Shown here: in pieces, positions 36,686 through 45,009 of the stretch | Layout of the letters: the number at the start of each line of letters is the position of its first letter | Position numbering within the stretch: position 1 is the stretch's first letter | Source: a virus | IMG/VR virus record: IMGVR_UViG_3300020048_005080 | Length of the DNA: 64,000 nucleotides | Reading direction: 5' to 3' (one strand) | The notes under the pieces: generated by a model | Database searches by the model: none | What the model was told of the DNA's origin: nothing | The model's input: only the letters and a program-made list of their open reading frames with translations | Translations under genes and position numbers: made by a program

Positions 36686-37827
36686 TTTTTAGGATTCCAT
36701 TTTGATTTTTTAGCATCTTCTGCAGCTTTATTTAAAGCATCTTGTGTTTCTCTAGCTACTCTTTCTGTTTCTCTTTGTGTTGCTTCAGCTGCTTCTCTAG
36801 CTACTCTTTCTGTTTCTCTTTGTGCTGCTTCAGCTGCTTCTTGTGTTTCTTTAGCTACTCTTTCTGTTTCTTTTTGAGCAGCAGCTGCTTGTTCTGCTAA
36901 GACTCTATCAGCTTCATCAGCTAAACGTTTAGCTTCTGCTGCTTGTTCATCAGCAAATTTTTGAGCTGCTTCAGCTTGTTCTTTAGCAATTCTTTCCGCT
37001 TCACCGTCAGCAATTGCATTACCTAAGTCAATAGCAGGATTCAAATCTAGATTAACATTAACATCGGCGTCAAGTCCAACTAGTAAAGCAGCTTCTCCGC
37101 TAATCCCTACGCTTACTTCTCCATCGTTAAAAGTTCCATGTGCTTCACCTTCAGCGCCAACTTGAACGCCAATACTAGCTCCAGCTGAACCACTTGCCTC
37201 TGCACCTCCAATTGGAGTATTGACACCAACAGTTCCACCAGCTTCAACACCAACACCGGCACCGGCCATAGCTCCACCGCCAACATCCACACCATGTTCG
37301 CCTACAGTAGCGTGTCCTTCTACTCCAGCGTGTGCTTCCGCGTAAGCACCTGCGTGTCCTTCAGCATCTGCTTCAACCTTAACCTCACCTAGTGGAGTAT
37401 CAAGTCCTGCTTCAGCATGAGCTTCTGCACTTGCTTCAACTTCAACTCTAGCGCTAACTTCTGCACCTGCTTCTATTTTAGCATCCGATCCGTCCCATCC
37501 CGCTTCTGCGTGTGCTTCTGCACTTGCCTCTGCACTTGCGTGTGCTTCCGCCCGAGCATCAACCTCTGCACCAATACTTACTCCCCCGCCTAAATCTTGG
37601 CTTGCGTGAGCTTCTGCATTTGCATCTACATTTACTTCAGCACTTACCTCTGCTTCCGCACTTGCATGAGCCATAGTACCATCGATACCTGCTTCTGCAC
37701 TTACATGAGCTTCTGCTGAAGCATCATAACTTGCATCTGAACTTGCTCCTAGATTTTCATTTCCTGTTTGTGTTGATACATTCCCATTTAAAGATGCGCT
37801 TGCTCCTATTTCTACTTCTTCGTTCAT
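36676..37827 (-). CDS. Ala/Glu/His/Gly-rich repeat protein with C-terminal coiled-coil repeats
   Basis: AEAHASAEA-type repeats, and a C-terminal RETERVA(R/K)E repeat matching about 42-bp DNA tandem repeats at 36720-36900. There is a local GC-rich island. Confidence 0.55.
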   Translation of the reverse strand: MNEEVEIGASASLNGNVSTQTGNENLGASSDASYDASAEAHVSAEAGIDGTMAHASAEAEVSAEVNVDANAEAHASQDLGGGVSIGAEVDARAEAHASAEASAEAHAEAGWDGSDAKIEAGAEVSARVEVEASAEAHAEAGLDTPLGEVKVEADAEGHAGAYAEAHAGVEGHATVGEHGVDVGGGAMAGAGVGVEAGGTVGVNTPIGGAEASGSAGASIGVQVGAEGEAHGTFNDGEVSVGISGEAALLVGLDADVNVNLDLNPAIDLGNAIADGEAERIAKEQAEAAQKFADEQAAEAKRLADEADRVLAEQAAAAQKETERVAKETQEAAEAAQRETERVAREAAEATQRETERVARETQDALNKAAEDAKKSKWNPKNWF

Positions 37828-37830
37828 ATT

Positions 37831-38142
37831 TTATTTATTTTTTAATTCGTCTATTGCATCTTGTGCATATCGATCCGTTTGGTCTTGGAGATACTTAATT
37901 CTATCTAGCATTATTTGCTTGTCGTTTGCTATGGTTTGTTCAATATAAGCTTCTTTCACCTCATATTCATCTTGCCAAAATGCTACTCTCTCCTCCATTA
38001 ATCTGTGTTGATAATATATTACACCAAGCATAAGAATAATCACAAATGACTGCTCTTTTAGCTTAGAAAGAAATACATCAGAAAATCCAGATAATGTTGT
38101 TTTGTCTTTATTTTCCTCTTTATTTTCCTCTTTATTTTCCAT
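37831..38142 (-). CDS. small membrane protein with N-terminal ENKEE repeats
   Basis: MENKEENKEENKDK from a 13-bp DNA repeat, followed by one TM helix. Confidence 0.4.
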   Translation of the reverse strand: MENKEENKEENKDKTTLSGFSDVFLSKLKEQSFVIILMLGVIYYQHRLMEERVAFWQDEYEVKEAYIEQTIANDKQIMLDRIKYLQDQTDRYAQDAIDELKNK

Positions 38143-38174
38143 TAATTACTATATAATTTTTTGTAATATTTATA

Positions 38175-38987
38175 TTATTTAAGCAGAGCGTAATATTCTT
38201 TGAAATGCTTAATTCTATCAGGAAGACCAATAGTTCCACCATTAACTCTTTTAGTTACCGCAGTCACTGTTGCATCATCAGCACCTTTATCACAGATAGA
38301 CCAAAGTTTATTTGAATTGAAGAAGAATGCAGCTGAAGCTAAAGGATATTTAGTCGCAACCAAATCTGGGTTTGCAACAGTATCTTCTCCTATGAATTTA
38401 GCGAAGTTAGTGTAATTTGATTTTCCAGTTAATTGAATATAACCTCTACCACGAAACTTGAATCCTTCTTTAGAAGATTCATCGCCATTACCCATACGGG
38501 AAGCATAAACTCTAGCAGCAATCTTTTCTGGCTGACGAGCATAAGATTCGTTAAGATTTCCAGGGAAATATTTACCAAATATTTTCTTAAGTCCGTCTGC
38601 TGAATAATTTAAGTTTTCTGAAACTGCTTTAAATCCTCCAGACTCGTGTCCGCATTGAGCAAGAAAATGAGCTAATCTAAGAACGTTAGTGATTCCAAAT
38701 TTAGCTGCAGTATCTGGGATTTGTGCAATTACAGAATCAGGAACGTGTCCTTTTAGTTTTTCTAATTTGAAAGGAGATGAAGGAACTGCTAAATCTGATT
38801 CTAGCAATATTCCCATTTTTTTAAGTGTAACCGGACCAGCTACACCATCGTCTTTTAGACCGTTAGATTTTTGCCAAGCTTTTAATGAGGTATCAACTTG
38901 AGCGTCAAAAGTACCGTTAATTGGAAGTCCTAAGAAATTTTGGAGTTTTTCTACTTCTACTCCTACAGAGCCTAATTTAAGTATCAT
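38175..38987 (-). CDS. endolysin: PG_binding_1 domain plus GH19 muramidase/chitinase-like catalytic domain
   Basis: The N-terminus LKLGSVGVEVEKLQNFLG...DGVAGPVTLKKMG is a PG-binding domain. The catalytic region has FKFRGRGYIQLTGKSNYTNF and AAFFFN. Confidence 0.85.
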   Translation of the reverse strand: MILKLGSVGVEVEKLQNFLGLPINGTFDAQVDTSLKAWQKSNGLKDDGVAGPVTLKKMGILLESDLAVPSSPFKLEKLKGHVPDSVIAQIPDTAAKFGITNVLRLAHFLAQCGHESGGFKAVSENLNYSADGLKKIFGKYFPGNLNESYARQPEKIAARVYASRMGNGDESSKEGFKFRGRGYIQLTGKSNYTNFAKFIGEDTVANPDLVATKYPLASAAFFFNSNKLWSICDKGADDATVTAVTKRVNGGTIGLPDRIKHFKEYYALLK

Positions 38988-39028
38988 AGAGATATATTTT
39001 ATTTATATATCCATATGACATTTATAAA

Positions 39029-39283
39029 TTATTTGACCATTATCACCTTAAATGCTAATGTATCACCTATTTTATATGGTTCCGAAGATATGCACTCATT
39101 TCCACACGAAGTTTTAAGTTTCCATTTTCTTCTACCCATATTCATTTCATCGTGAATAGATTTAGGGGTATTGTCGATTTCGACACAATAATTAACCACA
39201 CATTTTCTTTGTTCTATTTTAGTGTTATTATTACACGAAAATAATAATGCAGGGAATACAAAAAATAAGATCTTTTTCATCAT
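39029..39283 (-). CDS. lipoprotein (possible spanin-like lysis accessory)
   Basis: MMKKILFFVFPALLFSCNNN is a lipobox-type signal with Cys. The gene lies immediately downstream of the endolysin. Confidence 0.4.
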   Translation of the reverse strand: MMKKILFFVFPALLFSCNNNTKIEQRKCVVNYCVEIDNTPKSIHDEMNMGRRKWKLKTSCGNECISSEPYKIGDTLAFKVIMVK

Positions 39284-39468
39284 CTATTAAATACTGAGTT
39301 AATATAATGCTCTATTCTTTCGTCATGTAATTCTTCGCACATTTTAAATTGCATTTCTGTGTTCCCTTTAGGGTAAAGTCTTCTCATGGTTTCAAATAGA
39401 ACTTTTCTTCTATCGGTTAAATTAATGTCTTTTTCTTTAGAAGCTACGATGATTTTAGTTTTTTCCAT
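39280..39468 (-). CDS. hypothetical protein
   Basis: 62-aa ORF. Confidence 0.35.
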   Translation of the reverse strand: MEKTKIIVASKEKDINLTDRRKVLFETMRRLYPKGNTEMQFKMCEELHDERIEHYINSVFNR

Positions 39469-39624
39469 ATAATCTTTGATAAGTATTATATGTTAAATAA
39501 CGAGTAAAATTTCATTATAAGACTATCAGTTAATATTAATATGGCGAAATATTATGGATTGTAAGATAGATATAATAATAAAATCACACACGGCTTAGGA
39601 CCGTGATGTTACGCAAGTATCATT

Positions 39625-39668
39625 GAGAGTCAGGATAAATCGCAACCTTCCTGGCTCTCTTTTTTTAA
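39625..39668 (+). terminator. strong hairpin plus T8 (plus-strand intrinsic terminator geometry)
   Basis: GAGAGTCAGGA-loop-TCCTGGCTCTC (11 bp, one G-U) followed by TTTTTTTT. Confidence 0.45.
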
Positions 39669-39679
39669 TTCAAATAAAT

Positions 39680-40255
39680 CTAATTGTTTTTATTCTCGCT
39701 GGCGTATTTAACACCCATGATAGTACCAACTATTGAGAAAGCATTAGTCAGAAGAATACCAAACATATTACTCCATGTAGATCCTATGATCTGTGTGTCC
39801 TTTCCTGTCATCATTGCAATTCCGTACATAATAGTCGTAATAACACCAACACTTATAATAACTAATAAAGCAACTTTAACAATTGTTCCTATAAGTTCTG
39901 TCTGTGATTTTTTTTGCATTACGTCTAAATCGTTTAATGCAATATCTTTTGCTTCTAGAGCTTCATTTTTAGAATCCTCTGCTTCATGTAATGCAATCTT
40001 AAGCTCCTCGTTTATTCTTGTATTCTCCTCTTCAGAAGCTTGGAGCTCACGATTTCGTTCTTGTACCTGTTTAGTTATTTCAAGTCTTTTCCTCCTACCG
40101 TCTTTATCCTTCTCTATTGATACGGAGAGATAATTTTTAAAATCATTATCTCCATCCTCTGCCTCAAGGATCTTTAGTATATTACCTTCTAAGCTTACCC
40201 TTTTTGTTTTTTGTATTTCAAGTAAGCAATCCCTGACTTCTTTACTTACTTTCAT
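39680..40255 (-). CDS. coiled-coil protein with C-terminal TM helices
   Basis: 191-aa ORF. Confidence 0.5.
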   Translation of the reverse strand: MKVSKEVRDCLLEIQKTKRVSLEGNILKILEAEDGDNDFKNYLSVSIEKDKDGRRKRLEITKQVQERNRELQASEEENTRINEELKIALHEAEDSKNEALEAKDIALNDLDVMQKKSQTELIGTIVKVALLVIISVGVITTIMYGIAMMTGKDTQIIGSTWSNMFGILLTNAFSIVGTIMGVKYASENKNN

Positions 40256-40686
40256 TACTTATAAATCTTAAATGGATTTGTTCTATTTTTGTATCCTGGA
40301 AAATCATTTTTGAAATCCTCTAATCTTGGTTCAATATCATCTGATTTTATAATCCAAAATTGAGCACCTGCTTTAACTGCTTTAGCTTGTTCTTCTGGTT
40401 CATTAGAGGAAGATATTATTCCAATAACAACATTATTACCATACTCAAAATTAATCTTACGGATTAATTCTATACCATCATAGGAAGATCCAATTATGTT
40501 TAGGTCTACAAATACACATTCAGGTTTTCCGTCTGGATTTTTTTGCCATTCTGCAAAAAGTCTAGCAGCTTCATCTGAGCTATCAAGACTTTCTAAAGAA
40601 AGTGAAATATCAAGAAGACTGCAAGCATCTTCAAATACAAGATGAAATAGACTTTCGTCATCTACTAATAAAATTGAATCAATCAT
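40255..40686 (-). CDS. response regulator receiver (REC-only) protein
   Basis: ILLVDDE and FVDLNI are the phospho-acceptor context. The protein is CheY-like in size. Confidence 0.7.
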   Translation of the reverse strand: MIDSILLVDDESLFHLVFEDACSLLDISLSLESLDSSDEAARLFAEWQKNPDGKPECVFVDLNIIGSSYDGIELIRKINFEYGNNVVIGIISSSNEPEEQAKAVKAGAQFWIIKSDDIEPRLEDFKNDFPGYKNRTNPFKIYK

Positions 40687-42814
40687 TTTTTAAGTTTATT
40701 TTTATTTGACTTCCTTCAACTGGAAGTTTATCACAAGAAACACTAAACCCATGTTCTTCTAATATTGCTATACATATATTTAATCCCAGACCAGTGCCAG
40801 ACTCTTTCTGTCCTTCCTTACGAGTATATGGTTGCGAAAGTAATTTGAACTCTTCTGAGCTTAATCCTCTTCCGTTATCCTCTACATATAATGTATCATC
40901 TATTCTATAGATCTTTACAATCTTATTATTGCTATCATTATATTTTAGGCCATTTCTGATTAAATTATCCAACGCTGTACAGAATAGTGCTTCGTTAACA
41001 CTTAATTCTCCTAAATCTGATAGATCAACCTGAGGTCTATATGCAGTTGCTGATAGATAATCCTCAAGAATATTTTTCAAATTACATTCTTCTCTATTAA
41101 GTACTACGTCTTTCTTTACAAGATTTGTAAACTCGTAAACTCCTTTATAAACTTTTTGTGTGTGACGAAGTCCTTCTTTAATCATTTTAATAGGGGCTTC
41201 AATCTTAAGTTCCTTTATTTGCTCCTCAGATAATCTTCTATCTAAAGAGCTTAGTCCTCTAGGCATGTATGTGTTAATGCCACTGTGCATATCATGTCTA
41301 AGTATTTTAGCAGCATGCTCAAGATACGTATTTTTCTTTTCTAGTTCTTTCTGTTGATTATAACTTTCAGTAATATCGGTAGCAATTTTCATCACTCGAT
41401 ATGGTTTTTCATCAGGTCCTATGATAGGATTGTATGTTGCTTGGAGATAAATTAATGCCCCATTTTTTCTTCTTCTTGTAACTTCGCCTCTGAAGAATTT
41501 TCCGTCGCTTAGTGATTTCCAAAAATCTTGATATTCTTTGGTATTCTTTTCTGAATTTTCTATAAATATGCTATGGTGTTTTCCTATAATTTCTTCTTGT
41601 GAATATCCTAATATGCTCAAAAATGAATCATTTGCAAATTTTATATTACCATCTAAATCAAATTCAATAACAGCATTTGATCTATTAATAGCATTCATTC
41701 TATTGGATATTTCAACCTCTTTTCTTTTTAACTCAGTTACATCTTGGCGTATAGAAGAGAATCCACAAAGTTTATTATTTTCGTCAAATCTAGCTTTAAT
41801 AAAAGTATCTACATAATATAGACTTCCGTCTTTAGCTCTATTTGTACAAACAGCATTCCATATTTTTTTTTCGGCTACAACTGTTTTGTACATATCACTC
41901 CAAAACTCTTTAGGATGTGTACCTGAGTTTACTATATTATGATCCCTTCCTATAACTTCATCTAAAGAATATCCAGAAACATCAGTGAATCTTTGATTTA
42001 CATAAGTTATTTTTCCTTTCTCGTCAGCAACTGAGATAATAGAAGAAGCATCAAGAAATTTTTCATTCTCAATTATTTCGTGAGATAATTTATTAGATTC
42101 TTTAACTGAATACCCAAACGAGTATAATGAAGAAAGCATCTGTGCAAAATCTACCTCGTCTTTATCCCATATTCTTGGTGAAAGACTTTCAATACATATA
42201 ACTCCTATTACTTCCCCTTTATACCAGATAGGAACATCGAGCATTGATTTTACACCTAATGGTTTAAGATATCCTTCTAAAAAACAAGAAGTTGCTGGAT
42301 GTGTTTCTGCATTATCTGCAATGATTATTGGATTATCTTTTATTGCTTCAAAATATGGAAAAAAGTCTTTCTCAAATAGCTCTATATCTTTATAAAAATT
42401 ATCCTCCGATCTAATATAAAGATTCTGACAGATAATAGACGTACGATCGTTATTATAAAGCCAAAAAGAACATCTATCAGATTCTATAGTATCTGAAACT
42501 TCTTTAGAAAGAATAGCAGATCCTGCTTCTATATTACCAGAAAAAAATACCTCATTATGAGATTGTCTGATTAAAGAGTCCGATAATTTCTTATTGTATT
42601 TTAATTTCTTTTTTTCCTGTCTGCTTTTATTTAAAAATGTTCTTCCTATAAAATATGAAGGGACACAGAAAGAAATAAAACATAGATACTCGATTAAATT
42701 GTAAAAATCTGAGTCTTTAACTATTCCGAATGTGATAGATGTTTTTATCACAAAGAAAAATATCATAATAAGAATAGCGGACGCCGTAGAAAATAATAAT
42801 CCAAATTTTTTCAC
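40679..42814 (-). CDS. sensor histidine kinase with TM, GAF-like and two PAS domains
   Basis: PAS region ITYVNQRFTDVSGYSLDEVIGRDH. H box RHDMHSGI. N box LIRNGLKYN. G boxes DNGRGL and GTGLGLNI. Confidence 0.85.
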   Translation of the reverse strand: MKKFGLLFSTASAILIMIFFFVIKTSITFGIVKDSDFYNLIEYLCFISFCVPSYFIGRTFLNKSRQEKKKLKYNKKLSDSLIRQSHNEVFFSGNIEAGSAILSKEVSDTIESDRCSFWLYNNDRTSIICQNLYIRSEDNFYKDIELFEKDFFPYFEAIKDNPIIIADNAETHPATSCFLEGYLKPLGVKSMLDVPIWYKGEVIGVICIESLSPRIWDKDEVDFAQMLSSLYSFGYSVKESNKLSHEIIENEKFLDASSIISVADEKGKITYVNQRFTDVSGYSLDEVIGRDHNIVNSGTHPKEFWSDMYKTVVAEKKIWNAVCTNRAKDGSLYYVDTFIKARFDENNKLCGFSSIRQDVTELKRKEVEISNRMNAINRSNAVIEFDLDGNIKFANDSFLSILGYSQEEIIGKHHSIFIENSEKNTKEYQDFWKSLSDGKFFRGEVTRRRKNGALIYLQATYNPIIGPDEKPYRVMKIATDITESYNQQKELEKKNTYLEHAAKILRHDMHSGINTYMPRGLSSLDRRLSEEQIKELKIEAPIKMIKEGLRHTQKVYKGVYEFTNLVKKDVVLNREECNLKNILEDYLSATAYRPQVDLSDLGELSVNEALFCTALDNLIRNGLKYNDSNNKIVKIYRIDDTLYVEDNGRGLSSEEFKLLSQPYTRKEGQKESGTGLGLNICIAILEEHGFSVSCDKLPVEGSQIKINLKND

Positions 42815-42870
42815 TGAGAATATTTTCTTTTATATATCCCCCCGTGCCAAAAAAATCGATATGGAATTAT

Positions 42871-43194
42871 CTATTTATAGTAGATCTTCTCTGGATATTT
42901 ACCAAATACAAATTCAGTGACTGAACACAGCCAAATTGTCGAAGGACCATGCCAAGCATCATTGTTGTAATAACCCTCACTAGACTCGTTATGATCATAG
43001 GAAAGTATCTTAGAATCTTCGAATGGTTCGTCTGCAAAGGTAACAAAACAATAGTCGGATTCGCCAGATAATATCTCCAAAAGAATATCTGCTCCTAACA
43101 CCATTTCAAGTTCATCTTTTTCCCCTTCCCATTCTGGAAGATCCACGAACCATCTATTATCTTCTTCCTTGTAAAATTTGAATCTTCTTATCAT
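42871..43194 (-). CDS. hypothetical protein
   Basis: 107-aa ORF. Confidence 0.45.
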   Translation of the reverse strand: MIRRFKFYKEEDNRWFVDLPEWEGEKDELEMVLGADILLEILSGESDYCFVTFADEPFEDSKILSYDHNESSEGYYNNDAWHGPSTIWLCSVTEFVFGKYPEKIYYK

Positions 43195-43346
43195 AGCTTA
43201 GGCTTAATAAAATTAATTCCAATTAAGAATATCATAACTAAATTAGTAGTTAGGTGAAGACCCCTTCCGTTGTATTTATAGCAAAGAATATTTCCAATGG
43301 CTAAGGCAATTAGTAAAATAATTGGAAAGATATATTTTTTTATCAT
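43191..43346 (-). CDS. small membrane protein (51 aa, below the track threshold)
   Basis: MIKKYIFPIILLIALAIG... with ATGA overlaps on both sides. Confidence 0.25.
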   Translation of the reverse strand: MIKKYIFPIILLIALAIGNILCYKYNGRGLHLTTNLVMIFLIGINFIKPKL

Positions 43347-44164
43347 ACTTCTAAATCTAAAATTAGTACATCATCATAATCATCCCATGGACAATCAACT
43401 AAATAATGTGTGACCTCTCCACAGATAATATCTTTTATCATTTTTTGTGGAGTGTGTCCAACTATCTGATTAACCCCTTCTAAAGGAAAATCATTTAGTA
43501 TTGTGGGCCTAACCCAGAAAGGCCCTGCCCATAAGTTATAGCCTCCGCTGTGTGCATCAACATTAAATATGTTATCGACTCTGAGCTCAAATAGATCATT
43601 TATAAATTTTTCCAGATCATTAGGATCAAAATCTTTAGTTATTTCATGTTTTTTATATCTTGGGTTATTAATATCTCTACAAACATCTTTTAGCCATCCG
43701 TTAGTAACTCCTGCATGTGTCCATAAATACTTAACACCTGTATTATCTTTTTCTAAATGAGCCGCTTTAAAACATTCTTTATTATCAGTAAATAATTGAT
43801 AAAGATCTGGCTTCATTTCTGCTCTATATCCGCTACAAACTTCGTTGGGAACAAAATATTGAATATCGTGATTTCCAAGTAAAAGTACAACCTTGTCAGG
43901 TAATGCTTTTTTGAAGAAAAGTATTTTTTTAAGATTGTCTAGGATTGTAACATTGCTAATATCAAAGCTGTCTACATAATCTCCGACGAATATGATTTGA
44001 TCATATTCAGTATAAGGCATTTCTTTCCAAAATTCTTCAGCATCTGCTGGAACTCCATTTTCAACCATTGTCATCCAGTGATTGAATTCATAAGGGCTTC
44101 CGTGTGTATGAAACATCCACTTATCCCGCCCATGAACATCCCCTAATGTTAAAATCTTCTTCAT
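43343..44164 (-). CDS. Ser/Thr phosphatase-like metallophosphoesterase
   Basis: LGDVHG, GDYVD and LLGNHD. Confidence 0.75.
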   Translation of the reverse strand: MKKILTLGDVHGRDKWMFHTHGSPYEFNHWMTMVENGVPADAEEFWKEMPYTEYDQIIFVGDYVDSFDISNVTILDNLKKILFFKKALPDKVVLLLGNHDIQYFVPNEVCSGYRAEMKPDLYQLFTDNKECFKAAHLEKDNTGVKYLWTHAGVTNGWLKDVCRDINNPRYKKHEITKDFDPNDLEKFINDLFELRVDNIFNVDAHSGGYNLWAGPFWVRPTILNDFPLEGVNQIVGHTPQKMIKDIICGEVTHYLVDCPWDDYDDVLILDLEV

Positions 44165-44204
44165 GCTGTAAATTTAATAGAAAATTCGGTAAGTAAAAAA
44201 CGAT

Positions 44205-44645
44205 TTACTTTTCTTTTTTATATCGACAGGATTTGCATAGATTATAAAGCCACCCTTTACCCATAGTTCTTACGTTCTTATTGCTTCCGCATCTTTCGCA
44301 AGTTCTGTAGCATTCGTCCTCCGCTTTATCTATTATTTCCTCTATTTCCGGTCCAAAATGTCCATAAATTCTAAGTGATGCAAACTTATCCTTAATATCA
44401 GTAACCATTTGACCTTTAGTTAGCTTCTTACGCACTTTATCCCAGAATCTATACTTAACCCAAACAACAGAATTTCCAGTAGCTAAATAGTGGATCTTAC
44501 GCTTAATAAACATGGGTATCCATCTTGGCCACATTTCTTTTTCTATATCAACTATAGCTTTCTCAACTATTTTAACCCACCCCTCAGGAACAGAAGGATA
44601 AGAATACCCTACATGTTTATATTTTTCAGATATTTTCATTTTCAT
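44205..44645 (-). CDS. zinc-ribbon protein
   Basis: CYRTCERCGS...CKSCRYKK contains two CxxC pairs. Confidence 0.45.
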   Translation of the reverse strand: MKMKISEKYKHVGYSYPSVPEGWVKIVEKAIVDIEKEMWPRWIPMFIKRKIHYLATGNSVVWVKYRFWDKVRKKLTKGQMVTDIKDKFASLRIYGHFGPEIEEIIDKAEDECYRTCERCGSNKNVRTMGKGWLYNLCKSCRYKKEK

Positions 44646-45009
44646 TATTTATTTCTGGATCTTCTAGATCCTCCTCTGGCTTATCTTCGCTCAGATATCC
44701 TATAGATCTTAACCACACCGCCAAAGATACACCTGCGGATAATTTCTCAAAGAATTCCGCTTTATAACCTATCAATAAAAATATTAGATATAATATAGCA
44801 AAAATCCCTATTATTCCTAATCCAGGTTCCCAGATATATTTATCTTCCTTCAATTTATTAAAATTGAATATAATAATAAAGAACCCTACAATATAGACTA
44901 GGGTTAATTCAGGAATTGGAATATTAAATAGAACAGATAATTCTTCTGCAATACCAATTCCGAAGAAAATAGCTAATAGGTGTTTAACCTTAGAATCGTT
45001 TAAGTACAT
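44626..45009 (-). CDS. membrane protein
   Basis: Three TM helices. Confidence 0.4.
   Translation of the reverse strand: MYLNDSKVKHLLAIFFGIGIAEELSVLFNIPIPELTLVYIVGFFIIIFNFNKLKEDKYIWEPGLGIIGIFAILYLIFLLIGYKAEFFEKLSAGVSLAVWLRSIGYLSEDKPEEDLEDPEINNENENI

Noticed and set aside
37113-37295. 60-aa ORF within the Ala-rich repeat gene.
   Set aside because: An alternative frame of the GC-rich repeat region, a typical spurious ORF.
39684-40133. Plus-strand 149-aa ORF downstream of the T8 terminator.
   Set aside because: Antisense to the minus-strand coiled-coil/TM gene. Its hydrophobic, low-complexity translation is typical of a shadow frame.
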